Made by a program: the position numbers and the translations under genes. Below are positions 1 through 17,249 of a stretch of 64,000 nt of DNA, piece after piece. This DNA comes from the human T2T-CHM13v2.0 reference genome, Homo sapiens: assembly GCF_009914755.1 (NCBI RefSeq), contig NC_060947.1; one strand, written 5' to 3'. Numbering within the stretch: position 1 is the first letter of the stretch; each line of letters opens with the position of its first letter. The notes beneath the pieces were generated by a model, which was given only the letters and a program-made list of their open reading frames with translations, had not been told where the DNA came from and made no database searches.

Positions 1-2664
1 AGAAAACCTCATTTCAAAGTAAATGTTCTACAACTTCATGTAACACTGACCTCACTGGGCAACATATATATAAGTGGTTGGATATGTTCAACTTGAATGA
101 GAGGAAAGTTTCTTTATGTGTTGCCCAAACCCCATAAAAAATCCAAGAAGCAGATCTTGGTAACTCTATCACTAGACTGCAACTTTAACATCATTTTCAT
201 TTAGTAGAAAATGAATGTCTCATTGACGTTCCACCTTCAGGGAAACATGTCACAGTATAAAGAGAAACAAGTCACACATCGGGGTCCTTGCAAATGGTAT
301 TGATCATTGATCAACTTCTCCATAGAAACAGATAAGATATGGCTTTGAAATTTTCTTTACAGTCATTAAAAACCATAGCATGTGTTCATTGGAGCTCCTG
401 AAAAGGTAGAACATGACATATACTTTATTTATGCTTCATTGCAGTGAGAGCAATATTAAAGATAATATCCTCTCACAAAATAGTACAGACAGTTTGGCAA
501 AGTACAGTAACAGACTATGAGTATGAATATGATGTTGAGTCATGTGTAAACTTAGCTTAAATATTAATAAACACTTAGTAAATTCATCACTTTGATTTCT
601 TACTCATATGGCTTAACTTTTCAAGTTGTACTTTGCTGTTTTTTTACAAAGCTCTTCTGTTCCTGTGTCTCACAGGACATGAGAATTCACAGAGTGTGAT
701 TTGTATTACATAGTCTGTAAATATTATGCTAAGCGCATATGTAGAATAGTCAATGACTACTGTAAACTGAACAATGAAAAGTAGTGTTTTACCTCGTACC
801 ACTTTGCCTGTTATTATTAGTAAGTATACTTAAAACTGAAAAAATACAGACACATGTTATATGCTTTAATATCGTATTTAAATATCCTCCCCAAAGATGC
901 TTTTCTGTGTTTAATCTTGAGGGAGATACAAGCATTGCAACTATACATAAAATGTTTACTGTAGTTTCATTGACTTGAGTAGAAGATAGGTCATTTTGTA
1001 AAATGTCCAAGGCTTCACTGCATTTCCAGAATGCAAATGAAAATCATTTGGGAAATTGGCTTTAACACAAACTGGATGTCAGGAAAGATTGTTTTGAAAC
1101 TTGATTACTTAAAACTTGGAAGAGGAAATACAGCTTTGTAACCAAACCTACACCAGATAGTAGATGACAACTCTGTAAGATCATTTCCATTTCTACTATT
1201 TCTATAAAATTCAGCATCAATGTACATTTTTCACCATTACCCTAAATACAGTAGGTGGGGTGGGAGCAAATGCAATAAAGATCCTTATCAGGCTGGGGAT
1301 AAATTTGGTCTGTTGTCTGAGAAAAAGCTAGCAAAGCCTGTAGTTGACAGAATGAGGCCATTTTATCATGGGGGGAAGAGATTAGATTCTACTGATGCAG
1401 GCATTGGATGCAATGTAGGTCTCACATTTACTCCTTTCTTGTGCCTCTATCCATGACAAAATACTAATGTTCACACCAAAATTTACTGAGGACTCATTTT
1501 TAAATATTTCAAAAATGATGGTCAGCGCAACTCCCTTTAAATTTTTATTGCACAGTTTATTTTTATGTTATTTTATTGGAATCAACCATCTAGGAACTAG
1601 AACATGCTTTGGATAGGAGCCCTAGGTAGGGGCAATATAGGAGAAAGGTGTCTCTTTTCTCTCTGTCTTGGCCCTGTCTGATTTTTCCTGCTGGTTCTGT
1701 AGCAGCACATGAGAGACCTCTTATAAAATCCTGAGACCACAAAGCTAAGGAAGGTGGAAGGAATTTAGTTAGAAGCTGAGTCATTCCACTACCTTTCTGC
1801 TTCTGTGCATGAACCTTTGCTGTCACATTGTCTTGCACTGGGGAGAAGGAAACTGGTAGCTGGGAAAATGCTTCTAGTCAAAGGTTATTTTTTTAATTTG
1901 CATCAGCAGTGCCATGCCGGGATGATGTGCACGGGAGAGAAGTATGGACACAGACTGGCTCCCTTTCCTTTAAGCCTCAAGAATATGCACAAAGAAAAGC
2001 ACATGAAGGACACACAGGAAAGGTTACTTCCTGTAATATTTACAATGCTGGTCCTGTGATACCAAGCCCCTGCATCCTTTCTGCTCACCCTGCAGGTAGT
2101 GTGCAGTCCCTCCCCCATCATGGACTATAAACCTTCTTCTCTTTATCATTTGAGCTCCTAGGGGTCCTCAAATTTAGAGTCTTGAAAACTGATTTCTAAC
2201 CTGGGTTGGATGTCAAGGAACATTTCATCCCATGCTTACCTGCAGATTGCAGAAATCCATTTATAGATTTTCCTCCACATCAGACTATGTGCTGACTCCT
2301 TGAGAGCAGAAGCCACAAGCTAAGCGGCTGATCAATACTTCTACTTTTTTCAATGAAGTAACAAATACTTCATACTGAAAGGAAACTGGAGAAATCCGTA
2401 ATGCAATATTTTTATTACAACTCTCAGCTCCCTTTTCGATGGTTCGTTCTTCTCTAAAAGGAACGTGAATGAGAATTGACACTCTTAATGGGTGGTGGGG
2501 AAGAAAATGAGCAGAGTGGAAAATGGAACCTTCTTCCCACTTCCTCCATTAAAGGGCATGCTGTGGATGTGGCTTTGTGTATTTTCAATTTGCCTGTGTG
2601 TTCTGGTACTTTTCTCATTTTGTTGCTACCAATTGGATCTAGTATGGCTGTCTTTGATTGTAAG

Positions 2665-2669
<5 letters not shown>

Positions 2670-2727
<58 letters not shown>
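2670..2727. repeat. Compound (CT)n(GT)n microsatellite
   Basis: Directly visible. Confidence 0.97.
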
Positions 2728-2728
<1 letters not shown>

Positions 2729-3195
2729 GGGGTACTATCTACTAATAATGTATCAATGTGTTTGAAAAGAAAATCAACTCTCATGAATTAATTAATGTGT
2801 GTGAGGAATCATGGTGGTCCCTAAACAGTTTATAAAATCTTAGTACCAATCATCCACGAAAGAGCAGTTAGTTATTTTAAACAAATGTGCATTTTTAATG
2901 ACATAGTTTTTCTGGACCATTCACCGTCCAGTGCTTGAGTCTTGACTTAACAGAATTGCCCCGATGGAGCTGTTGCAGGGAGGACTTTCACCAGTTCAAC
3001 ACTCCAGACTTACTCAAACTCCTGTGGATTGCTGTGTTCAATGTCTCCCCCACCTCTTTCTTCCATAATTAGCTTGGTCCTTGTGGTCAATTCAACACTG
3101 ACATTTAGTGATTTCACATGATTACAATGATTCAGAAAAAAACTATTTTCAATTCCTTTCCAGATAACAATGATTAAAGTCTGGAAGAAGCTTAG

Positions 3196-4440
<1,245 letters not shown>

Positions 4441-4580
4441 GAGATAACCTAATGTAAATGACGAGTTAATGGGTGCAGCACACCAACATGGCACATGTAT
4501 ACATATGTAACAAACCTGCACGTTGTGCACATGTACCCTAGAACTTAAAGTATAATAATAAAAGAAAAAGAAAAAAAAAG
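4441..4580 (+). mobile_element. Second short L1PA 3'-end fragment (about L1PA4/5) with poly-A
   Basis: Repeats the last ~115 nt of L1 with different diagnostic bases (acaaacctgcacgttg...accctagaac). Confidence 0.9.
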
Positions 4581-6324
4581 GAATTTATTCCCTGCAGGAC
4601 TCTAAGCATTTTCCATGAGAACCAGTGACATGTTCATTCCTAGCTTTCTGCAAGGCCTTTGACTTAGAATTCCTCATTTAGCATCTTTCTAGGCTGCCAT
4701 TACCAATCTGAATTTTTCCTCTGAAGCAATTTTTAAAATTATATCTCCTCTCTGAAACATTTTTTCTTCTCTGGATCTAAACTGTTGGAATGGGGATATA
4801 CTTTCATCCCTACCTTAAGAAATTCATTCTTCTTACTCTCCAACTTTAGGTAACATGAATAACATAGTTATATCTAATAATGTGGGTGTCTCTTGCCTAC
4901 CCATGTGCTTTTATTGTCAACTGGTAAGCTCTTAGAAGGTAGGGCCATACCTTAACTCAGTTAAATTCAACCTGATACAGTGTTGTACCAATCAATTGAT
5001 ACTATATTCATCAACTGATACTATACTGTATAATTCAATGTAGTTGCCAATAATTAGACTAATGATGACAGGGAATTGGTACATTAAAGGCCTGGACTTT
5101 TAAAATCTCAGAATGGCAGGGAATCACAGACTTAATTCAATCCAACTTCTCTTATAATATGGAAATCATCTCTGCATGTCTTGACTACTCTCGGTATAGA
5201 TACTGTTTAAACTCCTTCAGTAACAGAGAATCCGCTGTTCCCTGAGGAACCTCACCCAATAGCCATAGAGCTCAATTATTAGGAATAATATGACTAGAAA
5301 TAATAAATAGATATAACTAATAATTATTGGAAATACATTTTCTATTTTCAGAAATAATTGTAAGAACCCATTTGTCAGACCAGAGTTTCTCAGGAAAGGA
5401 ATGTCACCCATGTTCAGGTGAATAATAAGCATGTTGAACAATGACATTTCACCCTACATTACCCTCCCTGGGTACCAGTCCCAGGAGAGTTCTCTAACTC
5501 AGATCCCATCTGTGCCTAACTCCATGCTTGGCAGACTGGCTACTAAATTTCAAGCCTGTGTTTCTGGAGCCCAGGAAGATCATGATGAATTCTGTCCACT
5601 GAGTCTCAGTGAAAGCCACAATGATGCATTTGCAATACTTTTCCCTTCTTATTCACACCAGCTCCAAGAAACCTTCAGTCATCAGTGTGAATCATCACCC
5701 CTTCTCTGAGTTTGAAACAGCTCCTAATAGAAGGAACAAGTCACAACTGATCCCAAGACAATTCAAGGTAATTTTCACTTCAGAGAAATGCCTTCAAATG
5801 GTAGATGTTCATTCACCACTTTTGTCTTATCAGTAACAATTTCCTCAACAATACTTTCCTTTTTGCAAGGAGATGACACATTTCTTTAATGAATTTCTTC
5901 TCTACTGCTCAAATCCTCATTTGGACATGCACTGCACAATAACACACATAATGGACTTGGGGAAAACGATACTAGACAAAACTGGGTTTTATATGCAGCC
6001 TTCCTGTTAGGCAACCACGGTATGTTCTGTTCTGGATAAGAGGGACAACAGTATTAAATGAGTCATAACGTGTTTTCCTGAAAGCAAAGAGCATCCTAGT
6101 GCATAGAAAAAGTGAAGGATGACAATATTTCAAGACAGAAACTTTAATTTTTAAAAAATGATTTCCCTACCTCCAGACATGGGCTTATCCTTAAAGATAA
6201 TGAATTGATTTGTGCTGCGAGAGCAACTTTTAAGTAATGGTAATCTAGTGTAGTGCATTTTTTCAATAAAGAATATCTAACGAAAGGGGAAAGTGTTTAA
6301 TATGCAGAAATAATGTAAACGTAA

Positions 6325-6441
6325 CATACATACACACACATGTGCACACACAGGCACACACACATATGTATATGTGTGTGTGCATGTATGTATGCATGCA
6401 TGCATGTGTGTTTGTGTGTGCATGTGTGTGGGTGTGTGTGC
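6325..6441. repeat. (CA)/(TG) low-complexity quasi-palindromic tract
   Basis: A CA-rich half is followed by a TG-rich half. Confidence 0.9.
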
Positions 6442-6920
6442 ATTCCCCATCATCTCTTCCTATTTACTTCATTCACTCTAAAGTATTCAGGTTTAAGACA
6501 TACCAATGCAAACTACCAAACTATGAATAAATAATTTGCAATGTGTACCCCATTTATTATACTGATTTAACTAAGGAAAACTATGCCCCAAAGCTTCTGG
6601 TTACTCCTTGCCTTTCCAAACTATCCCTGTTATTTTGCAGTGACTCATGGAAACTTGTATTTTGTGGCTAAGTTCTTATTGTAATCCTTCTTTCACTAAG
6701 AAACAATCAAAAACAAAGTTGTCACTAAAAGTTCTAAAAATTGCCTACCAAATTCCTTACACATACTCTTTTACTAAACAAATGAATGAAGCAAACTTGG
6801 CAAATGATTATAATTAATACAAAATGAAAAAGATTCATACAGAAGTTAGTCTATTGCATCTACTGCATAGTCTATGAAAATGTGACTACAAGATTCTTGT
6901 CAATTACCATGTCTACACAA

Positions 6921-7062
6921 GGTCAGGCCTGCTGGTTTACAACTATAATCCCAACACTTTGGGAAGACAAGGTGGGGGGCGGGGGCGGGGTGGGGCGGGG
7001 ATGTCTCTTGAAGCCAGGAGCTTCAAGAGTGCTGGGATTACAGGCATGAGACACTGTGCCTT
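6921..7062. mobile_element. Two Alu 5' fragments fused in opposite orientation
   Basis: Plus-strand left-arm start (tataatcccaacactttggga) runs directly into a minus-strand Alu 5' end (agtgctgggattacaggcatgag). Confidence 0.85.
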
Positions 7063-7393
7063 GCAGATCTAAATGTTTTTAAGAGTAACTGTTACAACCC
7101 AAGGTAACATAATTTTTACTTGGTTCTATGTCAAATAGAAATTTATCAGAAAGCCAACTGTTGCAACAGCTAACAGATCAATTATTTTTCAGAATATATA
7201 AAAGTAATTAAGTTTCAAATATATAGATTGCTTTTAATAAACCAACAAGAGCAAGTTAAACTGCATTATGCAAAATGAGCAACGGATGTAATTAACAGGA
7301 AAAAAATACCTAAGTAGATTTTTAAACAGATGAACAGCCTAACTCATACAAAAGAAACAAACTAAAGATTATTATTGTTGTTATTAGATAGAC

Positions 7394-7600
7394 CAGGGGT
7401 CAGCAAACTATGATCCAGGAAGCAAACCTGGCCAGGACCTCCTTTTGTAAATACAGATTTATTGGAAGAGAGCCACACCACTCATGGACAAATCATCTAT
7501 TGCTGCTCTCACACTGCAAGGGCAGATTTGAGTAGTCAGGACAGAAACCATGTGGCTCACATTTACTATCTGGTCCTTTACAGGAGTTTCACTGACCTGA
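7394..7600 (+). mobile_element. MER58A-like hAT-Charlie DNA transposon
   Basis: caggggtcagcaaacta start, ttttgtaaata..tttattggaa, atttactatctggtcctttacag near the end. Confidence 0.8.
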
Positions 7601-7771
7601 GACAGACAAAAATGACATGCTTTATAACACACTCTGTTGGCAAGAAAGTGGCCAAGATGCATTTATAGGTTATGCTTGGAAGCTAAATTGTTTAGTCCTC
7701 TAAAACTCAATAACATCTATATACATTTAAAATAGATATGGAATCCTACCCCCACTCAAAGGTGTGTGAAG

Positions 7772-8480
<709 letters not shown>

Positions 8481-8885
8481 TTCACTGAAATGAAACATCA
8501 TTCAGTACCAGATATTTGCAGCACATTTGTAGATGTAAACTTGAGAAATAGCACATTGAAGAAAAACAAGATGGAGTTTCATCCACAGTCATGGAGTTAG
8601 AGGACTGAGGAGACACTGCAGTTGGGGAGGCTCAAGCGAAAGGAAGAGGAGAAAACTCTAAACCATGAATTTAAAGAGGAAACACAAACAGGAGTGTCCC
8701 TTTTTCCAAAAGCATATTGACTGACATAATGAAAAATTTAACATTCTTCTGCAGAATAGAATGGATCAAGCATTTAAAAGATTAAGTGGAGGGCATGCCA
8801 ACTCAAATTTGCCAGAGGAGAAAAGGAAGAGGGCGTGAAACAGATCACAAATGAATCAAAATCCCTTCAAATAAAACACAGACAA

Positions 8886-9432
8886 TAGGAGTCCTCCGTT
8901 ACCCACGGGGGACACGTACCAAGACCTGTAGTGGTTACCTGAAAACACAGATAGTACTGAACCTTATATGTGCTGTGCATTTTCTTATACATAGATGCCT
9001 ATGATAAAGCTTAATTTATCAATTAGTCACAGGAAATTAACAATAATAGCTAATAATACAATAGAAGAATTATAACACTATGCCAGCATCACTACTCTTG
9101 CACTTTGGGGCCATTGTTAACTGAAATAAGGGTTACTTGAGAACAAACACTGCAGTACCATGACAGATGATCTGGTCACTGAGCAGACTACTAAGTGACT
9201 AAGGGTCAGGCAGTCTCTACAGCATGAAAATGCCAGACAGAGGGAGGATTCACCTCTTGGGCAGGATGGATTGGGAGGGAGCAGGACTGCTGGAGACTTC
9301 ATCATGCTACTCACAACCAAGGGCAATGTAAAACTGATGCATTGTTTATTTCTGGAATTTTCTGCAGACCATGGTTGACCGTAGATAACTGAAACTGCAG
9401 AAAGTATAACTGAGGACAAACGAGTAGTACTA
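8886..9432 (+). mobile_element. MER44B-like (Tigger7-derived) DNA transposon
   Basis: atagtactgaaccttatat, atgataaagcttaattta, ccagcatcactactcttgcactttggggccatt, ggttgaccgtagataactgaaac. Confidence 0.8.
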
Positions 9433-9493
9433 ATGAATTCTGTCATCTTTTGTAGAATCGAAGTTATGCACTTGTTTAGGAAGTCATCATGTA

Positions 9494-9889
<396 letters not shown>

Positions 9890-11424
9890 CTACAGGTCTG
9901 TTTTGTACTTTTTATACTGTTGGATACTTATAATAAAAACTTTTACTAGGGTACTGAATAAACCTAGTCTTATTAGAAAATTAAAAAAATAAAATAAAAA
10001 AATAAATTGCTTGACAAGAGATAATGTTGGTTATATGTCAAAAAGAAAAAGCCTGATATTTTCTATACCTTAGCTGAGTCTTCAATTTAATTTTTTAAAT
10101 ATTAAGATGAGACACCAAAGGAAGAAAAAGTAGTCTCCTACCTGAAGGCTCCATCTCTCTTTTCTTCTCCTACCTTCCCCACCTTTTCCTTTTGCCACCA
10201 ATTCACAAAGCAGATTCCAGTCTCCTTATTGAGCCTACAACTGAAATGTTTCTTTTGGGAAAATATCTTGGCAAAAGAAAGGACTGGCAGTTAAACTCCA
10301 GTCAACACAAAGCAGCATCTATTAATAATCATCTGATTTCAAAGTATGGGCATCTTCTGTTTTAGCTATCTTCTCTGACTTTAATAATCACAATATTTTC
10401 AACAAACACACATTCTAATTTTTTTGGATGTTCCTTGTTTAAATTGCAAATGCATGCAACTACCTTTTGGCAAAGAGAAACGGACTATGTTCTTCCTAGT
10501 GAACAAAGGTCACCAAATCAGACTAGAAGGCTGAAATTTCCAGAAGGCTAGGGAAGGGAATCTTCCAGCAAAATGAATAAACAGAAGAAAAATATAGAAA
10601 GGTTATGGCTCTTGCTTCTAAAGATCATGCTTCTCATTCTGTGAAAATATATGTCAGAGAAACCTCATTCAGTGACTAATGAAACTTCTTGCTGCAAATA
10701 TCCCTCTCTCCCGCTGTGAAATCACTTAACTCATTTTTCAAGTGGGAGTAATCTGCTCTGAAGACTCTTACCCTTTTGTTAATGTGTCTTTCTGCTCTAG
10801 TGTTGGTCTCAAAAAATGAAAATAAATGCACCGCTTTTACAGCTGATAGGCATATTTTCTATCCCTCGAAAGTTGAACAGAGCACCTCCAATCTCAACAC
10901 ACTTTATTTTATGTTTTTCGAGATTTGTACATCAGTGTGTTTACACTACAATTAAGCCTCCGTTATCTGTTCAGAAAGATGTTTTTAAAAATAGTAGAAT
11001 CTGTCCATGCCCCTTGACCAGCAGTTTACAGAGACAAGCCCTATGGCAGAATGTTCACATTGTGCGTACTTCTCATGATGATAATTGAGAGATGACCAAC
11101 TCAGTGTCACTTCTGAATTTTTCCCACTTGCTCGTGGTATTAACTAAATACAAATGCAGTCAACAGCACTGCCTCATATCTTTCTCATGAGCATGAGGAA
11201 TATTGGTAAAGGAATTTTAAAACAGATCTACCCTTTTTTAAATCAATAATTGGTCTCACATACTGGAGCATTAAATTCATGTAAGGAAGCTGAACTAAAG
11301 AGATACACGTTTAGAAGTTTGTTGTAACAGTTTGAAATCCTTGAAGGATAAAAACATGGTCAAAGTAGGTGATTATCAGGTATCTCTCATAGAATACATT
11401 CTTTTTTTCAGTTCAAGAGCATTT

Positions 11425-11739
11425 AGCTTATTTACTTATTTTTATTTTTTAGAGACCAGGTCTTGCTCTGTCGCCTAGGCTGGAGTGCAGTGGAACCATC
11501 AATAGCTAGCTCACTGGAGCCTCAAACACCTGGGCTCAAGTGATCCTATTGCCTCAGTCTCCTGAGTAGCTTGGACTACAGGCACATATCACCATGCCTG
11601 GCTAATTTTTCATTTTTTTTTTAGAGATGGGGTCTCACTATGTTACCCAGACTGGCCTCAAATTCCCAGGCTCATGGGATCCTCCTGCCTTGGCCTTCCC
11701 AAATGCCAGGATTACAGGCATGAGCCACTGTGTCCAGCC
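11425..11739 (-). mobile_element. AluJ
   Basis: Reverse Alu with J-type features (cctgggctcaagtgatcct), followed by an (ATT)n tract. Confidence 0.9.
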
Positions 11740-11830
11740 ACTTATTATTAATTATTATTATTATTATTAATCTGTAACAATGATTTTTTTCTTATTCATT
11801 TTAATTGGCAAAAACGGTATATATTTATAT

Positions 11831-11950
11831 ACTGGTATCTGGTGGGTGTGAACTGGGGATGCTATTCAATACCTTAAAATGCACAGGACAACCCCAACAA
11901 AGCATAGATTTATGCAGCAAATATCAGTAGTGCTGAGGCTACCAAACCTG
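11831..11950 (+). mobile_element. MER20-like fragment
   Basis: actggtatct..gggatgct..aatgcacaggaca..atcagtagtgctgagg. Confidence 0.65.
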
Positions 11951-12485
11951 ACTATAAATTAGGTAGATGTGGCTCAAAAACTGAAAGATGAGCACGGTCT
12001 TCTCCTCACTGCATAAAATGATTTGCTTCAACCCTCAGTCTTTTCCATGACATTCAACAGAAGGACTGTGTTGGACACAAGGAGGTCCTCCAGCAGATGG
12101 TTCAGTGTACCATGCGTATTGCTAACACTGGTTTAAAGTCAGTCTTGTTCCCTGAGCAGGTGCTCCGAGAAAGAACCCTCTCTTTGAAGACCCATCTCTA
12201 GGAAAACGGCTGGTGCATTGCTCTTGCAGGAAGCTCATGCTTTCAACATGTCTGTGGACAGGATTGGACGGAATTGGATGGAATTGGATGGGATGTATGC
12301 ACAGCTCATAAATGGGTCCTCAATAACTACATGCCTGATTGAAAAAGAATCATGTTCAGAGACATAGGATGCAAGTTAAAAAAATCAATTTAATTGACAC
12401 TTCATTTTTTCCCCAAGAATATTCTAGAGAGTGGAAATTTTATAACTAAAGCTGCTTCCAACTGGAATTAAAAAGACAGGCGTCT

Positions 12486-12492
12486 CTTTTTT

Positions 12493-12544
<52 letters not shown>

Positions 12545-12620
12545 TCCTTCCCTTCCTTCTCTTTCTTTCTCTTTCTTCTCTCTTTTCTTTCTTCTATCTC
12601 TCTCTTCCTTTCCTTTCCTT
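12486..12620. repeat. (TTTC)n / polypyrimidine tract
   Basis: Directly visible. Confidence 0.95.
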
Positions 12621-13020
12621 TATCAACTCTTTAAAAATAATCTAAATCACACAAACTAGTGGAAAATAACGTGACAACAGATCAGACATACTGAAGGCTC
12701 TTGTCTAATTTACATGTCTGAGATGCCATAAGGCAGAATTAGTAGGCAAAACAGACTTTGCACAAAATCCTATCAAACATTATTTTTATCTGATAAAATA
12801 CTAGTTCCCCATTGTTGTTAAAGGGAAAAATGAGCATAAGGAAACAGTGAGGTCTCACAGTGGCTGAGAGTAATTATTAACTTTTTTAAAATAGGGTAGT
12901 GGGTTTCTGAAGTTATAGTTGTAAAAGTATAAACTGTACATAAAGTATACAGTATAATAAATGTTGACTTATGTATACAGTTATGAAGCCATCACCACAG
13001 TCAAGGTGACAGAAATATCA

Positions 13021-13180
<160 letters not shown>

Positions 13181-13921
13181 ATACATATATGTGTATTTTA
13201 TACACATATACACACACACATATATATACATGTACATATATATATATCACACCCCAAAGTTTACCCATATCCCTTTATAATCTATATCTCTTGCTCCTCC
13301 TCCTCATCTCAGGCAAACAGTTATCTGCTTACAGACAGGCATTATGAATTACAGCTTCCAAAATATTAAAAGCGAAGTAACAGAATTACGGTCTCTTCAT
13401 TGCTTGGCCTCTTAGGCTTGGCATAATCATTTTAATATTCATGCAGGTTGTAGCATGCACCAACAGTTCATTCATTTTTACTGCTCAGAAGCATTCCAGC
13501 CTATGAATACATTCAGGTTCTTGGTCTTGGTATGGACATATGCTCCTCTTTTTCTTGTGTAAATACCTAGGAGTTAAATGGCTGAACCACATGGTACTTG
13601 TAGGTTTAACAACAAAAAAATTGCCAAACTCTTCTCAAAAGTCCTGGTTTCATATCACTTCCCCACCAGCAGCTTGGGGTGGACTCTAGCTCCTCCAAAT
13701 CCTCACCAAGCCCTGGCATAGCGAGTCTTGTGGCTTCAGCCATTCTCAGATGTGTAGTGGTATTTCACTGTGGTTTCATTTGTGCATTTATCCAATGACT
13801 AATGATGCTGAGCACATTTTCATTGGGCTATTGGTCATATGTATGTTTTCCTAGGTGAACTGCCTGTTCAATTTTCTGTCCAATTGTTATGGGGTGGTTT
13901 CTTTTTAATTCTCCTTTTAGA

Positions 13922-14060
13922 ATATATATATATGTGTGTATATATACACACATACATATATATGTGTATATATACACACATACATATATATGTGTATATA
14001 TACACACATACATATATATGTGTATATATACACACATATACACACATCTATACACACACA
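13922..14060. repeat. 28-bp minisatellite (CATATATATGTGTATATATACACACATA, ~4 copies) followed by AT-rich low complexity to ~14470
   Basis: Directly visible tandem units. Confidence 0.9.
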
Positions 14061-16868
14061 GGGGTAAATTATATACTATATTGACAATATATATGATACA
14101 GTATACTATATATACTATACTGTATACAATTTAGTATACTACATGTGCTATATATATAAAAAACACAGTATTTTAAATATTTATTTTATTTAAATAGGCT
14201 TTTACATTTTCATAGTTCACATTCTGTAATTTTTAGTAATAGTGATACTCAGTATATCATATATATACATATGTGTAGTATACTGTATGGTAAATATAAG
14301 ATATATTTTATATATAGTATACAATACTGTATCATATATACTATATATGAATATTGTATATATAGTATATAATTGTACCAGTACGTGTCTATACATATAT
14401 GTCTAATACCATATATACTATATATTTATAGGAAACTGCATCATATATATGTATGTATGCATACATTTATACTGGTACAATACCTTCATCCGATATTTAA
14501 TTTGCCTATCTTACCTCCCAGTTTGTGAATTCTCTTTACATTCCCTTAGCAATGTCTTTCATGTAGCATAAGCATTTTTTTAAGTTTTGATGTAGTCCAA
14601 TGTATTAATTGGTTCCTTTAAAAATCAAGCTTCTTGTTTTAAGTAAGAAATATTTGCCAAAATCTAAAGTCACAAAATTTTTCTTTTTTTTTTTTTTCTC
14701 CTGGAAGTTTTACAATTTTAAGCTTTACATCTAGGTATTTGACTCACTTTTCAGTTATTTTTTGTACAAATTGTGAGTTATAGATCAAAGCTTTTTGTTT
14801 ACTTTTTCTTTTCTTTTGTATATGGATACTTAATGTTTCCAACACCATTTCTTGAAAAAAAAATCATTCCTGCATAGAATTACCTTTGAATCTCCTTGGA
14901 AAATTCATTGTCCATATATGTACAGTTCTATGTGGTGTCTCTAGTCTATGATATTGATCAGGTTTTACATCTTTATGTCAATAATACGCTGTTTCAATTA
15001 CTATAGCTCTATACTAAGTCTTGAGCTCAGGTAGCAGGAGCCCTCCAAGTATGTTCTACTGCTACAAAAATGTTTTGGTTATTGTAGATCCTTTGTATTT
15101 TCATTAAAATTTTAAATTTATCTTGTTAATTTATGTATTTTCTAAAAGTCTACTGTTATTTTATTTGGGATTGCAAAGAGTCTGTAGATTAATTTGTACA
15201 AAATAAATATCTTAACAATATTGTATCTTCTCAGGAGGGTGTTGTGTTTGTGAACACAGTCTGTCTCCCAGTTGCTTAAGCCTTCATCAGTGTCCCTCAG
15301 TGACAGAGTATAGTTTTCAGTGCATAGACTTTGTCAGATTTACTACTCTATAGTTGATATATGCATCAACCAAAGTACGTTTGTGACGGATTGGAAATAA
15401 ATAAATAAAAATAGCAAAAGACCTAATTATCCATGACAGACCAATGAAAAGTGTCATGCTTTGAGATTTCCTTGAGAAATCTAAACATTCTGAAACTTTT
15501 CCATTTCTACAATATTTATTAACATTCTGATTACATCTTAGTTTGCTCTTCAGTTTTTCAATGGAAATTTGATAAAGTTTAATTCCCACTTCACCAAGAT
15601 ACAGGCATACAGAGTATACATAGTATACAGGATTTATGATTGTGTACAAGAAATTGGTGTGTGTGTTTCATGTCTACCAAATTCAAATTAATTACTAGTA
15701 AAGCCTACTAGATAATGAGATTTTTTAAAAGTAGACTTGCATTAAGATCTACTCAACTAAATTTTGAAAACATTCCAGAGTCAAATATTAAAAATAATAA
15801 ATATAAAAGCCTAATTTGCATTAACAGAAAATATATATTTTTGAGTACACCAAGAAATTTTAATTTTGTCTTAAAATCTACCATTATTCTTTCCTAATGT
15901 GTCTAGATTTTAAAGGTAAATTCACTGCTCTAAGACTGATTGATAGATAAATAATCACAAGGGTATTATTTACTGAATAATTATAGTATACAAAGAAGTT
16001 TGCTAGGCCAATTACATACATTGTGTCTTATTTATTTCTCCCAGTAACTCTCCAAGGTAGCTAGCGTTATTGCTATGTTGTAGACTGATTGCAGACATAC
16101 TAATCAACAGCTGGCACTAAATCCATCATCAATCTTTAAGTTGATGACCTTACATAACCTCATGCATATATAAACAGGAGCATTTTCATTAAAAAAATTA
16201 AATCCCTAAATTTGAAACAAAACAGTGGCTTTAGTAATTTGTATTTAAAACACTCATGTTTATTTCTAAAATGGCTTTTAATCATGCATTTTCAAAGATC
16301 AAACACTCTCAAAAACACCAAAATAGCCAAACATACATTTCCCAAGGAACACTCAAATATTGATTGAAAAGTGTAAAGAAACTTGCGAATAAACAAGAGT
16401 ATGACTCAGTGCTTCAGAGAGAAATGTTAATGAAAATATCTTTTCAACCACAATGCTACCAGTAACATAAATCCTAATTAAACCCAAGTTGCATAGGCTG
16501 TGGTGTCAGGTGATGATTAACTGTCTGAAATTTCTTTGAAGTTTGAGTTGTTAGGAATGAGATTGCTGATTTAATTTATTTTAATGCCTGTGAAATAAAG
16601 TCATAATTCTTTGAACTCTGAACTGCTCTTAAGAGAATACAGTGCTAATAAAATATTTGCATTATCTTTATAAACTCATGTTCCACCTACTCATTTCTGT
16701 AATATATTAGAATAAATCAGAAGCCTACATCTAGCAGTAACAGAGTAGATTATTCAAACCAACCTTCTTATTGAAAATGGATTGTAATATGTGTGATTTT
16801 TTTAAGTCTCTTAAAAACATTTTAGTGCTAAAATCATATTTAAGATTACAGCTTCAAAACTGATTATC

Positions 16869-17249
<381 letters not shown>

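Noticed and set aside
13922-14060. 28-bp repeats as a CRISPR-like array
   Set aside because: The units are head-to-tail with no spacers in eukaryotic DNA, so this is a simple minisatellite.
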